NCBI GenBank assembly: GCA_038247245.1
Contig: JBBRVE010000002.1
Coordinates: 10,173-74,172 of the forward strand
DNA: 64,000 bases
Direction of reading: 5' to 3'
Origin: Bdellovibrionales bacterium
GTDB taxonomy: Bacteria; Pseudomonadota; Alphaproteobacteria; Micavibrionales; UBA2020
Part shown: positions 8,839 through 18,093 of the stretch, one piece after another
Layout: each line of letters starts with the position of its first letter
Position numbering within the stretch: position 1 is the first letter of the stretch
Position numbers and translations under genes: made by a program
Notes under the pieces: generated by a model
Database searches by the model: none
Told to the model about the DNA's origin: nothing
Seen by the model: only the letters and a program-made list of their open reading frames with translations

Positions 8839-9792
8839 ATGAACAAAAAAGTTTTACCGCGCACAAACGACCTCCCCAACGAGCACAAGCTGCAGGCTCA
8901 GTTCGCATTGGCTGCGTTCAGCACCCTCAAGGCACAAAACGTCGCCTATATCAGCGTGCCGATCACCAGCGGCCAGCGCCTTTACGATTACATGCTCGAA
9001 AAGGGCTTCAAGACCGCAGACGAGGCGAAGGCCGACCATGACGCGTTCTTTAAACACGTCGTCGAACCGAACCTCGCGCAGGGCGTGAAGGGCAGCGACG
9101 AATGGGTGCATAAACTGGATGGCGCGGTGATCGCGCCCGCCGAATTCGAAAAACGCCTCCGCATCCAAAAAGCCATCAATTGGGGGCAGGACGCCTTCAT
9201 GGGCATGTGGGTGCCCCTGATCGATGAAAAAGTCACGCATATGGTCATGCTGGACGGCTGGCAGTACTCCAACGGCTCCGGCGAAGAATATCTGCAGGCC
9301 GTATTGATGCAGATGGGGCGCCGCCCGCGCAGCAATATCGAGATTGTCGATGCGCGGGGCCGCGAAATCCCCTTGAGCGAAGGCATCCGCCTTGTCGCCG
9401 AAGCATTTATTGACCTGAGCAGCCGCGGGTTGAAACCCCGCAACATGGCGGAAACAATTGGTATCCTGCTCGAAGCCGAACACCGCTTCGCAATCGAGCA
9501 GAAAACAGGTTCCGTGATCGAGCCAGCCGCAACTTCCCCCGGCTCGATTGCGAAACACACCGAATTCAACGTGCCGGCGTATGATCGCGCCGACATGGAA
9601 AAATGCGCGAAAGAAGTGCGCGATATCCTGGTGCGTGATTATCCCGATATCCTGCCGACGCTGCACAAAACCAGCAGCTACGATTTCTCCCCCATCAACG
9701 CCCTGTTCCGCGAAGTCGCCAAACCGGCGGTCGGCAACATGCACCTGCCACGCCCCCCGCTGAAACGCCCGCCCTTGGCGCTGGTGAAGTAA
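8839..9792 (+). CDS. hypothetical protein
   Basis: ORF 8758..9792 with the start moved to MNKKVLP at 8839. Balanced, protein-like composition, unlike the 321-aa antisense ORF 8854..9819 (R/G/A/H/F-rich). Confidence 0.7.
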   Translation: MNKKVLPRTNDLPNEHKLQAQFALAAFSTLKAQNVAYISVPITSGQRLYDYMLEKGFKTADEAKADHDAFFKHVVEPNLAQGVKGSDEWVHKLDGAVIAPAEFEKRLRIQKAINWGQDAFMGMWVPLIDEKVTHMVMLDGWQYSNGSGEEYLQAVLMQMGRRPRSNIEIVDARGREIPLSEGIRLVAEAFIDLSSRGLKPRNMAETIGILLEAEHRFAIEQKTGSVIEPAATSPGSIAKHTEFNVPAYDRADMEKCAKEVRDILVRDYPDILPTLHKTSSYDFSPINALFREVAKPAVGNMHLPRPPLKRPPLALVK

Positions 9793-9856
9793 GCCTGCTA
9801 CGTTGCGGCTTGCGTTCATAAATCATGAGCGAGAAATCACGATCACGAGGCATGCT

Positions 9857-9982
9857 ATGAAGCCCATCAATAAGCGTTACCTTTGGGTAGCCGTCGCCTT
9901 CGCACTCATCATTGTTGCCTATGTGATTTTCAGTGACGAAGATGAGCAATCTAACTGCTGTAAACCTATATATTCTCCGTGA
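9857..9982 (+). CDS. possible 41-aa single-pass membrane peptide
   Basis: Translated by hand: MKPINKRYLWVAVAFALIIVAYVIFSDEDEQSNCCKPIYSP. It is below the ORF-track cutoff and sits at the start of the low-GC islet. Confidence 0.3.
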   Translation: MKPINKRYLWVAVAFALIIVAYVIFSDEDEQSNCCKPIYSP

Positions 9983-10003
9983 AAATGAAAGGCAACCTTT
10001 CTG

Positions 10004-10687
10004 ATGAAAAAATGGATGGTTTTCGCAATAGTGTCTTGCTTATGTGTTTCGGTTACCTGCTGTGCGAGAGCGGTCAGTTTTTCGGATGAGACAATACGTT
10101 ACAAAATGATTGTTGAGGTGGATACACCCGAGGGGATAAAGACCGCCAGCGCTGTCCGAGAAGCTACGCGACATAGAGAGCCAAGCATTCTGCCGGAACA
10201 GGGCGGGACGACTTACAACATCACCAAAGGCGAGGCCGTCGTTGTTGATCTCAAAAGAAGTGGAATATTTTTTGTTTTACTTGGCGGCGAACGCGAAGCA
10301 AAAGCAGTATTCCAGTCTTTAAGTCGAGACAAAAAACAACCTCATCAATCTATAAAATTATCGCTGCCCGATTATCCAAGATTTATCCGGTTTCAAGACC
10401 TAAATAATCCCTCGACAATTGAATCCATATCGCACCATAACAACAAAAATATGCCGAATGGTTACGGTGGCAATGCTTTGGCTCTACAAAGCGTATTTGG
10501 TTCTGATTTCAGCTTATTGAGCATTTCTATTCATGAAACCGACGAATCTGACAAAAGTGTAGTAGCTACCTATCTCCCTTGGTTTACTGAAAGGGCGCTC
10601 TTGCCGGGTGCGATAGGCGGCACTCCAGAGACCCCATTTAAAGACCCGACAAATACGTGGGTAACAGCAGCCGAAATTAAGAAATAG
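10004..10687 (+). CDS. secreted hypothetical protein
   Basis: 227 aa with an N-terminal signal-like segment MKKWMVFAIVSCLCVSVTCCARA. Lies in visibly AT-richer DNA. Confidence 0.6.
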   Translation: MKKWMVFAIVSCLCVSVTCCARAVSFSDETIRYKMIVEVDTPEGIKTASAVREATRHREPSILPEQGGTTYNITKGEAVVVDLKRSGIFFVLLGGEREAKAVFQSLSRDKKQPHQSIKLSLPDYPRFIRFQDLNNPSTIESISHHNNKNMPNGYGGNALALQSVFGSDFSLLSISIHETDESDKSVVATYLPWFTERALLPGAIGGTPETPFKDPTNTWVTAAEIKK

Positions 10688-10699
10688 GAGTATGTGAAA

Positions 10700-11175
10700 A
10701 TGGCAATAGATCCCAACTCTCCCCTTTTTCAAGCCATTCTTGCAATGGATTCATACAATCGAGGGTATTTTCTGGAGTTAATTTAAATCAATACGATGCA
10801 CAAGGACATCTCACCGGCAAGGGCTATCGAGAAGCAAAGAAGATGCCACGACAGAGGAGCACTCCTGTGCAGAACGTGCACATTTCAGGAGGAACCTTTC
10901 ATCAATCTCCCATCGGGATTGGGACACATGTTAGCCAATCCCTTTCTGGAGCACTCGGAGACTCTTCGGTGTTCAATGAACTACGCCAAACTCTCAAAAA
11001 TGTGCCGGACGAGAATCAGCGCGCGAAGGTTCTTTCCTGCGTCGATGAGATGGAAAAAGCTCAGAGCGCGCCCACTTTCGCGCAGCGATATAAAGAGTTT
11101 ATTAGCCTTACCGCAGATCATCTGACATTGATTACGCCTTTTATCCCAGCGCTAACTCATTTTCTCGGCGCTTAG
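10700..11175 (+). pseudogene. probable frameshifted gene (28-aa ORF with strong RBS plus the out-of-frame 10843..11175 ORF)
   Basis: AGGAG lies 9 nt before the ATG at 10700 (MAIDPNSPLFQAILAMDSYNRGYFLELI*). The frame of ORF 10843..11175 is open back to about 10757 (..VFSGVNLNQYDAQGHLTGKGYREAKK..), so one indel in the TTTT run near 10766 would join them. Confidence 0.35.
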
Positions 11176-11301
11176 CGGGCAGCAAGAAACGGCAAGCAGA
11201 ATTTTATACACAACCTATATACAACTAATTTTGAGAGTATATTATTAAATAGAATCAATGGCTATTTTATAGCCCTCAATCTCGCCGGGGTTACTCCGAT
11301 T

Positions 11302-11592
11302 TTATAATCGAGGCTGTGCTAACGCTTGAGCCCAGATTTTTTCAAATTCTTCCTTGGTGATTTCTTGCGGCTCAAATTGGGGATCTTTCGCGATGTATTC
11401 CAAAGAAGGGTTTGCTTCTAGCCCCAATCCCGCACATAGCAATGAGACTTCAGTTTTACTGCCGTAAGCCATATGCCCGTTGCGAAATACTTCCACTTTG
11501 CGCTGTTCCCAGCGCTGTTCGTTCATTTCACAATACAAGAGCACGGGCTCGTCTAGATGATTATGATGCCAAATGCAGCGCATATAAATCAT
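11302..11592 (-). CDS. small hypothetical protein resembling DUF6881-type immunity-like proteins
   Basis: 96 aa. The pattern C.WHH...DEPV.LY.E.....WE.RKVE.F.NG......EI.KEEFE.IW matches my recollection of a family often encoded next to polymorphic toxins. This is unverified. Confidence 0.55.
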   Translation of the reverse strand: MIYMRCIWHHNHLDEPVLLYCEMNEQRWEQRKVEVFRNGHMAYGSKTEVSLLCAGLGLEANPSLEYIAKDPQFEPQEITKEEFEKIWAQALAQPRL

Positions 11593-11606
11593 GGCTTAAT
11601 CACCAG

Positions 11607-12233
11607 CTAAGCCACCGCCTGCTGCTTCACGCCGACCAGTTCCGAAAAGCGTTCGATATAGAGGCGTTTGGATTCGTTGGCCGATAGGGGTTTTACGCTC
11701 CAGCCTTTTACGGCGGCGGGGGGCGGGCCGAAGAATTCGTTGGCTTCGGCTTCGCTGAAACCGGCCAGCTGTGTTGCCTCCAGCCAGGCGCAGATTTTAT
11801 CGGCGCGCTTGATGAATTTTTTCAGCTGCGGGGTGATGATCGCGGGCATGCCGAAGCGCACATGGATTGCTTCCATCAGCTTGTCTTCAAAGGCGCGGTA
11901 ATTGACGCCCAGCGCGTTCTTGAACGGCGAAATCATGTCGCCGACCACATATTCCGACGCATCATGTAAAAGTGCGGCCAGCAGCCATTGGGGGTCGGAC
12001 GCCGGTTCCAGCGTATTGCAGATCTGCTCCACGATGACGGAATGCTGCGCGACGTTGAACGAATGCTCGCCGGTGGTCTGGCCGTTCCATCTCGCGACTC
12101 TGGAAAGTCCGTGCGCGATGTCCTCGATTTCAATATCCATCGGGGAGGGGTTGATGAGGTCGAGGCGGCGTCCGCTCAACATCCGTTGCCATGCGCGCAT
12201 GTAATTTTTGCCCTTTTTTTTGGTTGCGACCAA
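11607..12233 (-). CDS. HD-domain phosphohydrolase (YfbR-like)
   Basis: Motifs RW.G......FNVAQHS...... and [12 protein letters not shown]. The start may instead be the ATG at 12200. Confidence 0.8.
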   Translation of the reverse strand: MVATKKKGKNYMRAWQRMLSGRRLDLINPSPMDIEIEDIAHGLSRVARWNGQTTGEHSFNVAQHSVIVEQICNTLEPASDPQWLLAALLHDASEYVVGDMISPFKNALGVNYRAFEDKLMEAIHVRFGMPAIITPQLKKFIKRADKICAWLEATQLAGFSEAEANEFFGPPPAAVKGWSVKPLSANESKRLYIERFSELVGVKQQAVA

Positions 12234-12404
12234 CCTTGTCAGCCTATAGCCGCCATGATAAACATAAGGCGTTTCAAGGCTTCAAAAACTGCCGCAGATT
12301 CTCTGCTGTCTGGTTATGGGATTAATCCTAATCGACCGCGGCGGATTCGGCTAGAGCCTTTCGGGACATTCAGTTGTTTAGTGCACAGAAAAGGCGAAAA
12401 AATC

Positions 12405-12884
12405 ATGGCAGGCAGCGTTAATAAAGTCATCCTCGTGGGCAACCTCGGCAAAGATCCCGAAATCCGCAGCTTCGCCAATGGCGGCCGCGTCGCCAGCTTC
12501 TCGATTGCCACCTCCGAATCCTGGAAAGACAAGGCCTCGGGCGAGAAGAAAGAGCGCACCGAATGGCACCGCATTTCCGTGCTGAACGACAACCTGGTCG
12601 GCATCGTCGAAAAATACATCAAAAAAGGCGCGAAAGTTTATATCGAAGGCCAGCTGGAAACCCGCAAATGGACCGATAAAGACGGCGCTGAAAAATACAC
12701 GACCGAAGTCGTGCTGCGCCCCTTCCGCGGCGAAATCACCATGCTCGACAGCAAAGGCGGCGGCTCGTCGTTTGAATCGTCGGGCGGCGATTACGGTATG
12801 GAATCGGCAGGTTCCGGCGCGTCGGGCGGCAACTACGCCTCTTCCGGCAAAGCCGACAAGATGGACGACGAGATCCCGTTCTGA
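12405..12884 (+). CDS. ssb: single-stranded DNA-binding protein
   Basis: [21 protein letters not shown]...TEWHRI..., a Gly/Ser-rich linker and the acidic tail DDEIPF. This is the real part of fused ORF 11988..12884. Confidence 0.97.
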   Translation: MAGSVNKVILVGNLGKDPEIRSFANGGRVASFSIATSESWKDKASGEKKERTEWHRISVLNDNLVGIVEKYIKKGAKVYIEGQLETRKWTDKDGAEKYTTEVVLRPFRGEITMLDSKGGGSSFESSGGDYGMESAGSGASGGNYASSGKADKMDDEIPF

Positions 12885-12901
12885 TTTAAGGGGTCACCGT
12901 T

Positions 12902-13507
12902 TTGGCATTCGCAAGCCTCATCCGCAAATCACTCACGCCGCTGATTTACGCGAATCTCGCGGCGATGGTGATTGCGGGCGGGTGGCTGGCGGCGCAGGGC
13001 TATATCTCGTCCATCTGGCCGGCGATCATCGCGCTGATTTTCTCTCCTCTGATCCTGCCGCTCTATCTTTTTCCTGCCGCGTTTTTTGCAGGCATGATGC
13101 AGGTCGTATCATTGGCCTATCCGCGCGTGTCGAAATTCATGGCACTGGTCAGCACGCTTTACATGATCACCGCTTTTGCGATGTATGCGATGGGCACGAT
13201 TTACCTGATGTACGGCGTGATGGAACGCGAACCGCTGGCGGCATTCTTCTTCGGTGTTGCGGCGGGGGTTGCGCCCTTCGCGATACTGGCGGCAAAAGAC
13301 CGCGACAACCTGTTTTTCACCGGCCTTGTCTGGATGGAAAAGCTTTGTGCGGTGGTGGTCATGCTGCTCGCGCTTTTGAAGGGCATCGCGCCGTGGCACG
13401 GCTTCTGGATTTTCTGGTGCCTGATGGCCGCGATGGTGGGCGCGCAGGCGCTCTACGAAAAAATCTTCATGAAAAAGACCGAAACGGCTGTCACACCGAC
13501 CGTGTGA
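12902..13507 (+). CDS. hypothetical polytopic membrane protein
   Basis: 201 aa and hydrophobic throughout (about 6 predicted helices). The start codon is non-ATG in the ORF track. Confidence 0.6.
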   Translation: MAFASLIRKSLTPLIYANLAAMVIAGGWLAAQGYISSIWPAIIALIFSPLILPLYLFPAAFFAGMMQVVSLAYPRVSKFMALVSTLYMITAFAMYAMGTIYLMYGVMEREPLAAFFFGVAAGVAPFAILAAKDRDNLFFTGLVWMEKLCAVVVMLLALLKGIAPWHGFWIFWCLMAAMVGAQALYEKIFMKKTETAVTPTV

Positions 13508-14905
13508 TTACTTCTTCACCGGCGTCTCGCCATCCTTGAAACGGATGGTGAGGTTCTGTTGTTTGGCGGCATCCGTTGTCGTGCTGACGATATTGCGGTT
13601 TTCGTCGTAAACGACGGCATAGCCGCGTTCCAGCACCCGCTCGAAAGACAGGTTTTCCAGCATTCCCGACAGGTTCTTCAGGTGTCTGGCGCGCTCAGTT
13701 AAAATCTTGTTTTCGGTGTTCGTGAGACGTTCCGCAAAGTTTTTGATATGCCGCTGTGCATCACCGATTTTTTGCACGAGGGCGCGGGGCGAAATCTTGG
13801 CGGCGAGTTCTTTCACGCGCGCGCTGCGTCGTTCCAGCCATGACGCCAAACCACTGTCCAGCCGCTGCCCCAGATGGTCGAGTTTTTGCGACGCATGTTC
13901 CAGCAACCGCTTCGGGTCGCCAAGGCCGCGCCCCAAACCCTGCAACTGCAACGCATGACGCTGCGCGAGGCGTTGCAGAGATACAAACATGCGCTGCTGC
14001 CGTTCCATGACGAAGGATTGCAGCTCCACCCGCACCGGCACGGCCTTTTCGGCGGCGGCGGTCGGGGTGGGGGCGCGCAAATCCGATGCGTAATCGATCA
14101 GCGTTGTATCTGTTTCATGGCCGACGGCGGAAATCAGCGGGATCTTGCTGGCCGCCGCCGCGCGCACGACGATTTCATCGTTGAACGGCATCAGGTCTTC
14201 CAGCGAACCGCCGCCACGCGCCACGATAATCACATCGGGGCGGTCGGGCGATCCTTCGGGAATTGAATTGAAGCCTGCAATCGCCTGCGCCACGGCCTGC
14301 GCCGCGCCTGCACCCTGCACGATGACAGGCCACAACAACACGCGGCGGGGAAAACGCTCGTTCAACCTGTGCATGATATCGCGGATGACGGCGCCGGTGG
14401 GCGATGTCACCACGCCGATCACGTTCGGCAGGAAGGGAATTTTCTTTTTGCGCTCCGCATCGAACAGGCCTTCGGCGGCCAGCTTCTTTTTGCGGTCTTC
14501 CAGCATCTTCAGCAGTGCGCCTTGTCCCGCCAGCTCCATCGTCTCGATGATCAGCTGGTAATTGGAGCGTCCGGGATAGGTCGTCAGGCGGCCGGTGCAG
14601 ACGACATCCATGCCTTCTTCCGGCTTGATGCCCAGTTTCGACAGCGTGCCTTTCCAGCAGATCGCGTCGATCACCGCGCCGTCATCTTTCAAAGCGGAAT
14701 ACAGGTGACCGGATTTCGCGACGGTGACCTTTGAAATTTCGCCGCGCACGCGCACGAAGGAAAACTCCCCCTCGATCACGCGCTTCAGTTTATTGCTAAG
14801 CTCGCTGACTGTAAATTCGGGCGGCGCATTGCTGGCGGGTGCGCCCGGTGCGGGCGGTACCGGCGGCAGGCCGAACGGATCATCGTTGTCGAACAACCCG
14901 GCCAC
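13508..14905 (-). CDS. xseA: exodeoxyribonuclease VII large subunit
   Basis: 465 aa. N-terminal OB-fold (FTVSELS..LK..IE..F..V.V.GEIS), the catalytic region (GVVTSPTGA..RD, ARGGGS.EDL..FN) and a long C-terminal coiled coil. Confidence 0.95.
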   Translation of the reverse strand: MAGLFDNDDPFGLPPVPPAPGAPASNAPPEFTVSELSNKLKRVIEGEFSFVRVRGEISKVTVAKSGHLYSALKDDGAVIDAICWKGTLSKLGIKPEEGMDVVCTGRLTTYPGRSNYQLIIETMELAGQGALLKMLEDRKKKLAAEGLFDAERKKKIPFLPNVIGVVTSPTGAVIRDIMHRLNERFPRRVLLWPVIVQGAGAAQAVAQAIAGFNSIPEGSPDRPDVIIVARGGGSLEDLMPFNDEIVVRAAAASKIPLISAVGHETDTTLIDYASDLRAPTPTAAAEKAVPVRVELQSFVMERQQRMFVSLQRLAQRHALQLQGLGRGLGDPKRLLEHASQKLDHLGQRLDSGLASWLERRSARVKELAAKISPRALVQKIGDAQRHIKNFAERLTNTENKILTERARHLKNLSGMLENLSFERVLERGYAVVYDENRNIVSTTTDAAKQQNLTIRFKDGETPVKK

Positions 14906-14907
14906 GG

Positions 14908-15213
14908 TTACGGGCGCGGGCCTTGCGGGGGGCGGGCCGGGCGGCCGGGCGGGCCCAGCACCACGATATCGGCGGCGCTGTCCACGAACAGGTGGTTCAC
15001 GCCGGAACCCGCGATGCCTTCCACCGTCACGCGCATGCCGACAAACTGGTCAAGCTCGGGGTCGGTGAAGGGGTTGTTGCCGCGGATGCGCAGCTTCATC
15101 GGGTTGCCGTCGCCGGTATCCAGCACCACGGCCTGATGTTCGCTTTTCGAGCCCTTGGCGTAGGTTTCCTTGCGCACCATGCCGGTATAGGTTTTCTTCT
15201 GGCCGAGGCTCAT
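14908..15213 (-). CDS. hypothetical protein upstream of xseA
   Basis: Start at MSLGQKK with AGGAG upstream. The stop lies 2 nt before the xseA start, so probably the same operon. Confidence 0.55.
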   Translation of the reverse strand: MSLGQKKTYTGMVRKETYAKGSKSEHQAVVLDTGDGNPMKLRIRGNNPFTDPELDQFVGMRVTVEGIAGSGVNHLFVDSAADIVVLGPPGRPARPPQGPRP

Positions 15214-15293
15214 GGCGACGCTCCTGGTAAATGTGAATGCCGCGATTATGCGTAACAGGGGAGTATGAGTCAACCGACGCTTTTGCGTCGCCG

Positions 15294-15387
15294 CCGCCTT
15301 GCGCGGGGGTCCAGAAGGCAGTCCTGCCGTCTTGTGACTTAACTCATGTGACGCGCAGACGCGCTTCTGGATGCCCGCGCAAGGCGG
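15294..15387. repeat. imperfect 24-bp inverted repeat (22/24) with structured 46-nt spacer
   Basis: CCGCCTTGCGCGGGGGTCCAGAAG (15294-15317) pairs with the reverse complement of CTTCTGGATGCCCGCGCAAGGCGG (15364-15387). Located between the tadA stop and the next minus-strand gene. Confidence 0.7.
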
Positions 15388-15404
15388 GCATGGCGGAATA
15401 GCGA

Positions 15405-15860
15405 TTAACGCCGGTCTTTAAAAAAGTCTTTTAAAAGCACCGCGCATTCCTGCTCGTGGATGCCGCCATAGACTTCCGGCGCATGGTGGCAGGTGGGCTG
15501 GCCATAGAATTTGCCGCCATGGTCGACCCCGCCGCCCTTCGGGTCATAGGCGCCGAAATAAAGCCTGCGGATGCGGGCGAACGATATCGCGGCGGCGCAC
15601 ATGGCGCAGGGTTCCAGGCTCACATACAGGTCGCATTCGGGCAGGCGCGGGGTATCGTAAATCTTGCCGCCTTCCTGCAGCACGACGATTTCCGCATGTG
15701 CCGTCGGGTCGCGCCATGTTTCGGTCTGGTTGCCCGACCGCGCCACAATCTCGCCGGTCACGCCGTTGACCAGCACCGCCCCCACGGGTATTTCGCCGCG
15801 TGCGGCTGCCGCTTTTGCTTCGGAAATTGCTTCAATCATGTATTTGTTTTGTGCGTCCAT
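15405..15860 (-). CDS. tadA: tRNA adenosine(34) deaminase
   Basis: CDA-fold zinc motifs HAE (TAHAEIVVL) and PCAMCAAAI. Start placed at MDAQNKYMIEAI. Confidence 0.9.
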   Translation of the reverse strand: MDAQNKYMIEAISEAKAAAARGEIPVGAVLVNGVTGEIVARSGNQTETWRDPTAHAEIVVLQEGGKIYDTPRLPECDLYVSLEPCAMCAAAISFARIRRLYFGAYDPKGGGVDHGGKFYGQPTCHHAPEVYGGIHEQECAVLLKDFFKDRR

Positions 15861-15878
15861 ATCGCTAAAGTACCAGAA

Positions 15879-16616
15879 ATGAGCACCGAAGAGCAAAAGC
15901 CTGAACGTATCGCCAAGCGCCTCGCCCGCGCCGGGGTCTGCTCGCGCAGGGACGCGGAGCGGCTCATCCTAGAAGGTCGCGTCAAGCTGAACGGCGAGAT
16001 TCTGGCAAGCCCCGCCCAGAACGTGACAGAAGCCGACCAGATCGAGGTCGATGGCAACCCCGTCGGTGCAAAAGAACCGACGCGGCTGTGGCGTTACCAT
16101 AAACCGCGCGGCCTTGTGACGACGCATAAGGACGAACACGGGCGGCAGACTATTTTCGAAAGCCTGCCCGAAGACATGCCCCGCGTGATTTCCGTGGGGC
16201 GGCTCGACTTGAATTCCGAGGGGCTGATCCTGCTGACCAATAACGGCGCGCTGACGCGCCACCTTGAACTGCCCGCAACCGGCTGGACACGCAAATACCG
16301 TGTGCGCGCCTTCGGCGAAATGACCGATGCAAAAGTCGCGCGGCTGCATAACGGCGTCACCGTCGATGGCGTGCATTACGGCAAGATCGTGGCCACTGTC
16401 GAGCGTGAAACCGGCGACAACGTCTGGATCGAAATGATTTTGACCGAAGGCAAGAACCGCGAAATCCGCCGCGTGCTGGAATTTTTGGGTCTGACCGTCA
16501 ACCGCCTCATCCGCACCTCCTATGGCCCCTTCACGCTTGGCAACATGGACGAGGGCGCGGTCGAGGAAGTGTCGAAAAAAACGATACAGGAAACGCTGGG
16601 CGGAAAATTTTTATAA
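15879..16616 (+). CDS. pseudouridine synthase, RsuA/RluB family (S4 domain plus catalytic domain)
   Basis: S4 motif RIAKRLARAGVCSRRDAERLI and catalytic motif GRLDLNSEGLILLTNNG. This is the real part of fused ORF 15456..16616. Confidence 0.9.
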   Translation: MSTEEQKPERIAKRLARAGVCSRRDAERLILEGRVKLNGEILASPAQNVTEADQIEVDGNPVGAKEPTRLWRYHKPRGLVTTHKDEHGRQTIFESLPEDMPRVISVGRLDLNSEGLILLTNNGALTRHLELPATGWTRKYRVRAFGEMTDAKVARLHNGVTVDGVHYGKIVATVERETGDNVWIEMILTEGKNREIRRVLEFLGLTVNRLIRTSYGPFTLGNMDEGAVEEVSKKTIQETLGGKFL

Positions 16617-16628
16617 ACGAAAGGCGAT

Positions 16629-17402
16629 ATGACGATGCGCAAATTATTCATGGTGCTGGTGGCGGTTCTGGCATTGACCGCGACAGCGGTCTTGGCATTG
16701 AACGTGACAGCCGTGCAGGCGGCAGACGACGTACCGGCGGCAAAACCCGTCGCAGAAGGCCAGTTCAAGACCCTGCCCGATGTTGCCCTGACGAACGATC
16801 CCGCGCAGCGGGCGCAATTCACGGTGAATATGTTCTTTGCCAGCTGCTTCATGAATTTTTTCAAGCCCGAGCAGATCGCGCCCTGGGCGGATAAATACAT
16901 GAACCGCCTTGTCCCCGAAGACGCAGCCTCTTTCCTCACCTCCGTCAGTTCAAAATCGGGGGATGTCTGGTTCGCGCAATTGCCGGGCGGCAAACGCCCT
17001 GAAAGCAACGATACCGTGCCGGGCGGTGAATTTGTGCTGGTGAGCGAACCGGGCCGCTGCCACGTCATCGGCCTCGGCGCGGACGAAGCCGCGTTTCACA
17101 TGGCGATGAAGAAATTCTCGGATGATGCAAAGAAAAACATGCCCGGCCGCGAAATCACCTATGCCTATCGCGCTAAAAACAAGGCGAAGAACGGCGAGCC
17201 CGCGCTGAACAACAACACCAGCACCATCAAAATCCGCCAGCCGAAAAACGGCCTTGTCATCACCATCTTCGGATCAAGCGCGCAGGGAAAACTGCACGAG
17301 GTCACATCGATCATCACGATGTTCTCGAACGCGAAACTGGCCGATACCGGCGTAAAACTGCCCGGCCCGGGTGAACGGCTGAAGGAACCGGCGGGCCAGT
17401 AA
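16629..17402 (+). CDS. secreted hypothetical protein
   Basis: 257 aa with signal peptide MTMRKLFMVLVAVLALTATAVLALNVTAVQA. No family recognised. Confidence 0.65.
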   Translation: MTMRKLFMVLVAVLALTATAVLALNVTAVQAADDVPAAKPVAEGQFKTLPDVALTNDPAQRAQFTVNMFFASCFMNFFKPEQIAPWADKYMNRLVPEDAASFLTSVSSKSGDVWFAQLPGGKRPESNDTVPGGEFVLVSEPGRCHVIGLGADEAAFHMAMKKFSDDAKKNMPGREITYAYRAKNKAKNGEPALNNNTSTIKIRQPKNGLVITIFGSSAQGKLHEVTSIITMFSNAKLADTGVKLPGPGERLKEPAGQ

Positions 17403-17519
17403 TTTTCCGCGACTGCTCATAAATTGCGGCGAATACCGTGAACATTGCGGGGTTGCCGTTGCCGCATGAATGGTTTATTTTCTGGCTAAATCAAAAACGC
17501 CAGCACAAGGAAAAACAAC

Positions 17520-17987
17520 ATGTCTCCCGCCACCACCGTCAATCAGGACGAAGTCCTGAAGGTCCTCAACAAAATTCTCGAGGCCGAACTTGCGGGCGTC
17601 GTGCGCTATATCCACTACTCGCTGATGATTTTCGGCTATAACCGTATTCCGATCGTGTCGTGGCTGCGCAGCCAGGCGACGGAATCGATGGATCATGCGC
17701 AGCAGGCGGGTGAACTCATCACCCATTTCGGTGGCCACCCCTCGCTCGGCATCGGTTCCCTGCTGGAATCACACAAGCATGACATCAGCGACATCCTGAA
17801 GGAATCGCTGGAACATGAAAAGGCGACCCTCGGCCATTATCACGAACTGCTGAAACTGGTCGAAGGCAAATCCGTGCTGCTCGAAGAATACGCACGCGAC
17901 CTGATCCGCCAGGAAGAACTGCACACCGGCGACGTCGACAAAATGCTCCGCCGCCCCGGCGAACTGCGCGAAGTCGCGAAATCCTAA
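17520..17987 (+). CDS. bacterioferritin-family (ferritin-like) protein
   Basis: 155 aa. Di-iron ligand pattern E...Y (ELAGVVRY), ESMDHA, E.E (SLEHEKA) and EE.H (QEELHTGD), as in Bfr. Confidence 0.8.
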   Translation: MSPATTVNQDEVLKVLNKILEAELAGVVRYIHYSLMIFGYNRIPIVSWLRSQATESMDHAQQAGELITHFGGHPSLGIGSLLESHKHDISDILKESLEHEKATLGHYHELLKLVEGKSVLLEEYARDLIRQEELHTGDVDKMLRRPGELREVAKS

Positions 17988-18002
17988 GATTTAAACCTTG
18001 CT

Positions 18003-18071
18003 GTCATCCTGAACGAAGTGAAGGATATCTCTTGTTTGCCAAGGGATATCCTTCACTTCGTTCAGGATGAC
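18003..18071. repeat. perfect 27-bp palindromic element acting as a bidirectional terminator between convergent genes
   Basis: GTCATCCTGAACGAAGTGAAGGATATC (18003-18029) and its exact reverse complement (18045-18071), followed by GTTTTGATT. It resembles REP-like GTCATCCTGA(G/A)CGAAG..AAGGAT palindromes seen in many bacterial genomes. Confidence 0.85.
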
Positions 18072-18093
18072 GTTTTGATTGTTGGCCTGATGT

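Noticed and set aside
8854-9819. Long ORFs antisense to confidently called genes. Examples: 8854..9819(-), 5552..6658(+), 26065..27372(+), 27690..28694(+), 31471..32433(+), 51965..52909(+), 59767..61182(+), 19415..20281(+), 37945..38685(+), 54274..54891(-), 55995..56654(-).
   Set aside because: Their translations are R/G/A/H/F-rich and low in complexity, as expected for the reverse strand of GC-rich coding DNA. In each case the opposite strand carries a recognisable protein family or a clearly more protein-like sequence.
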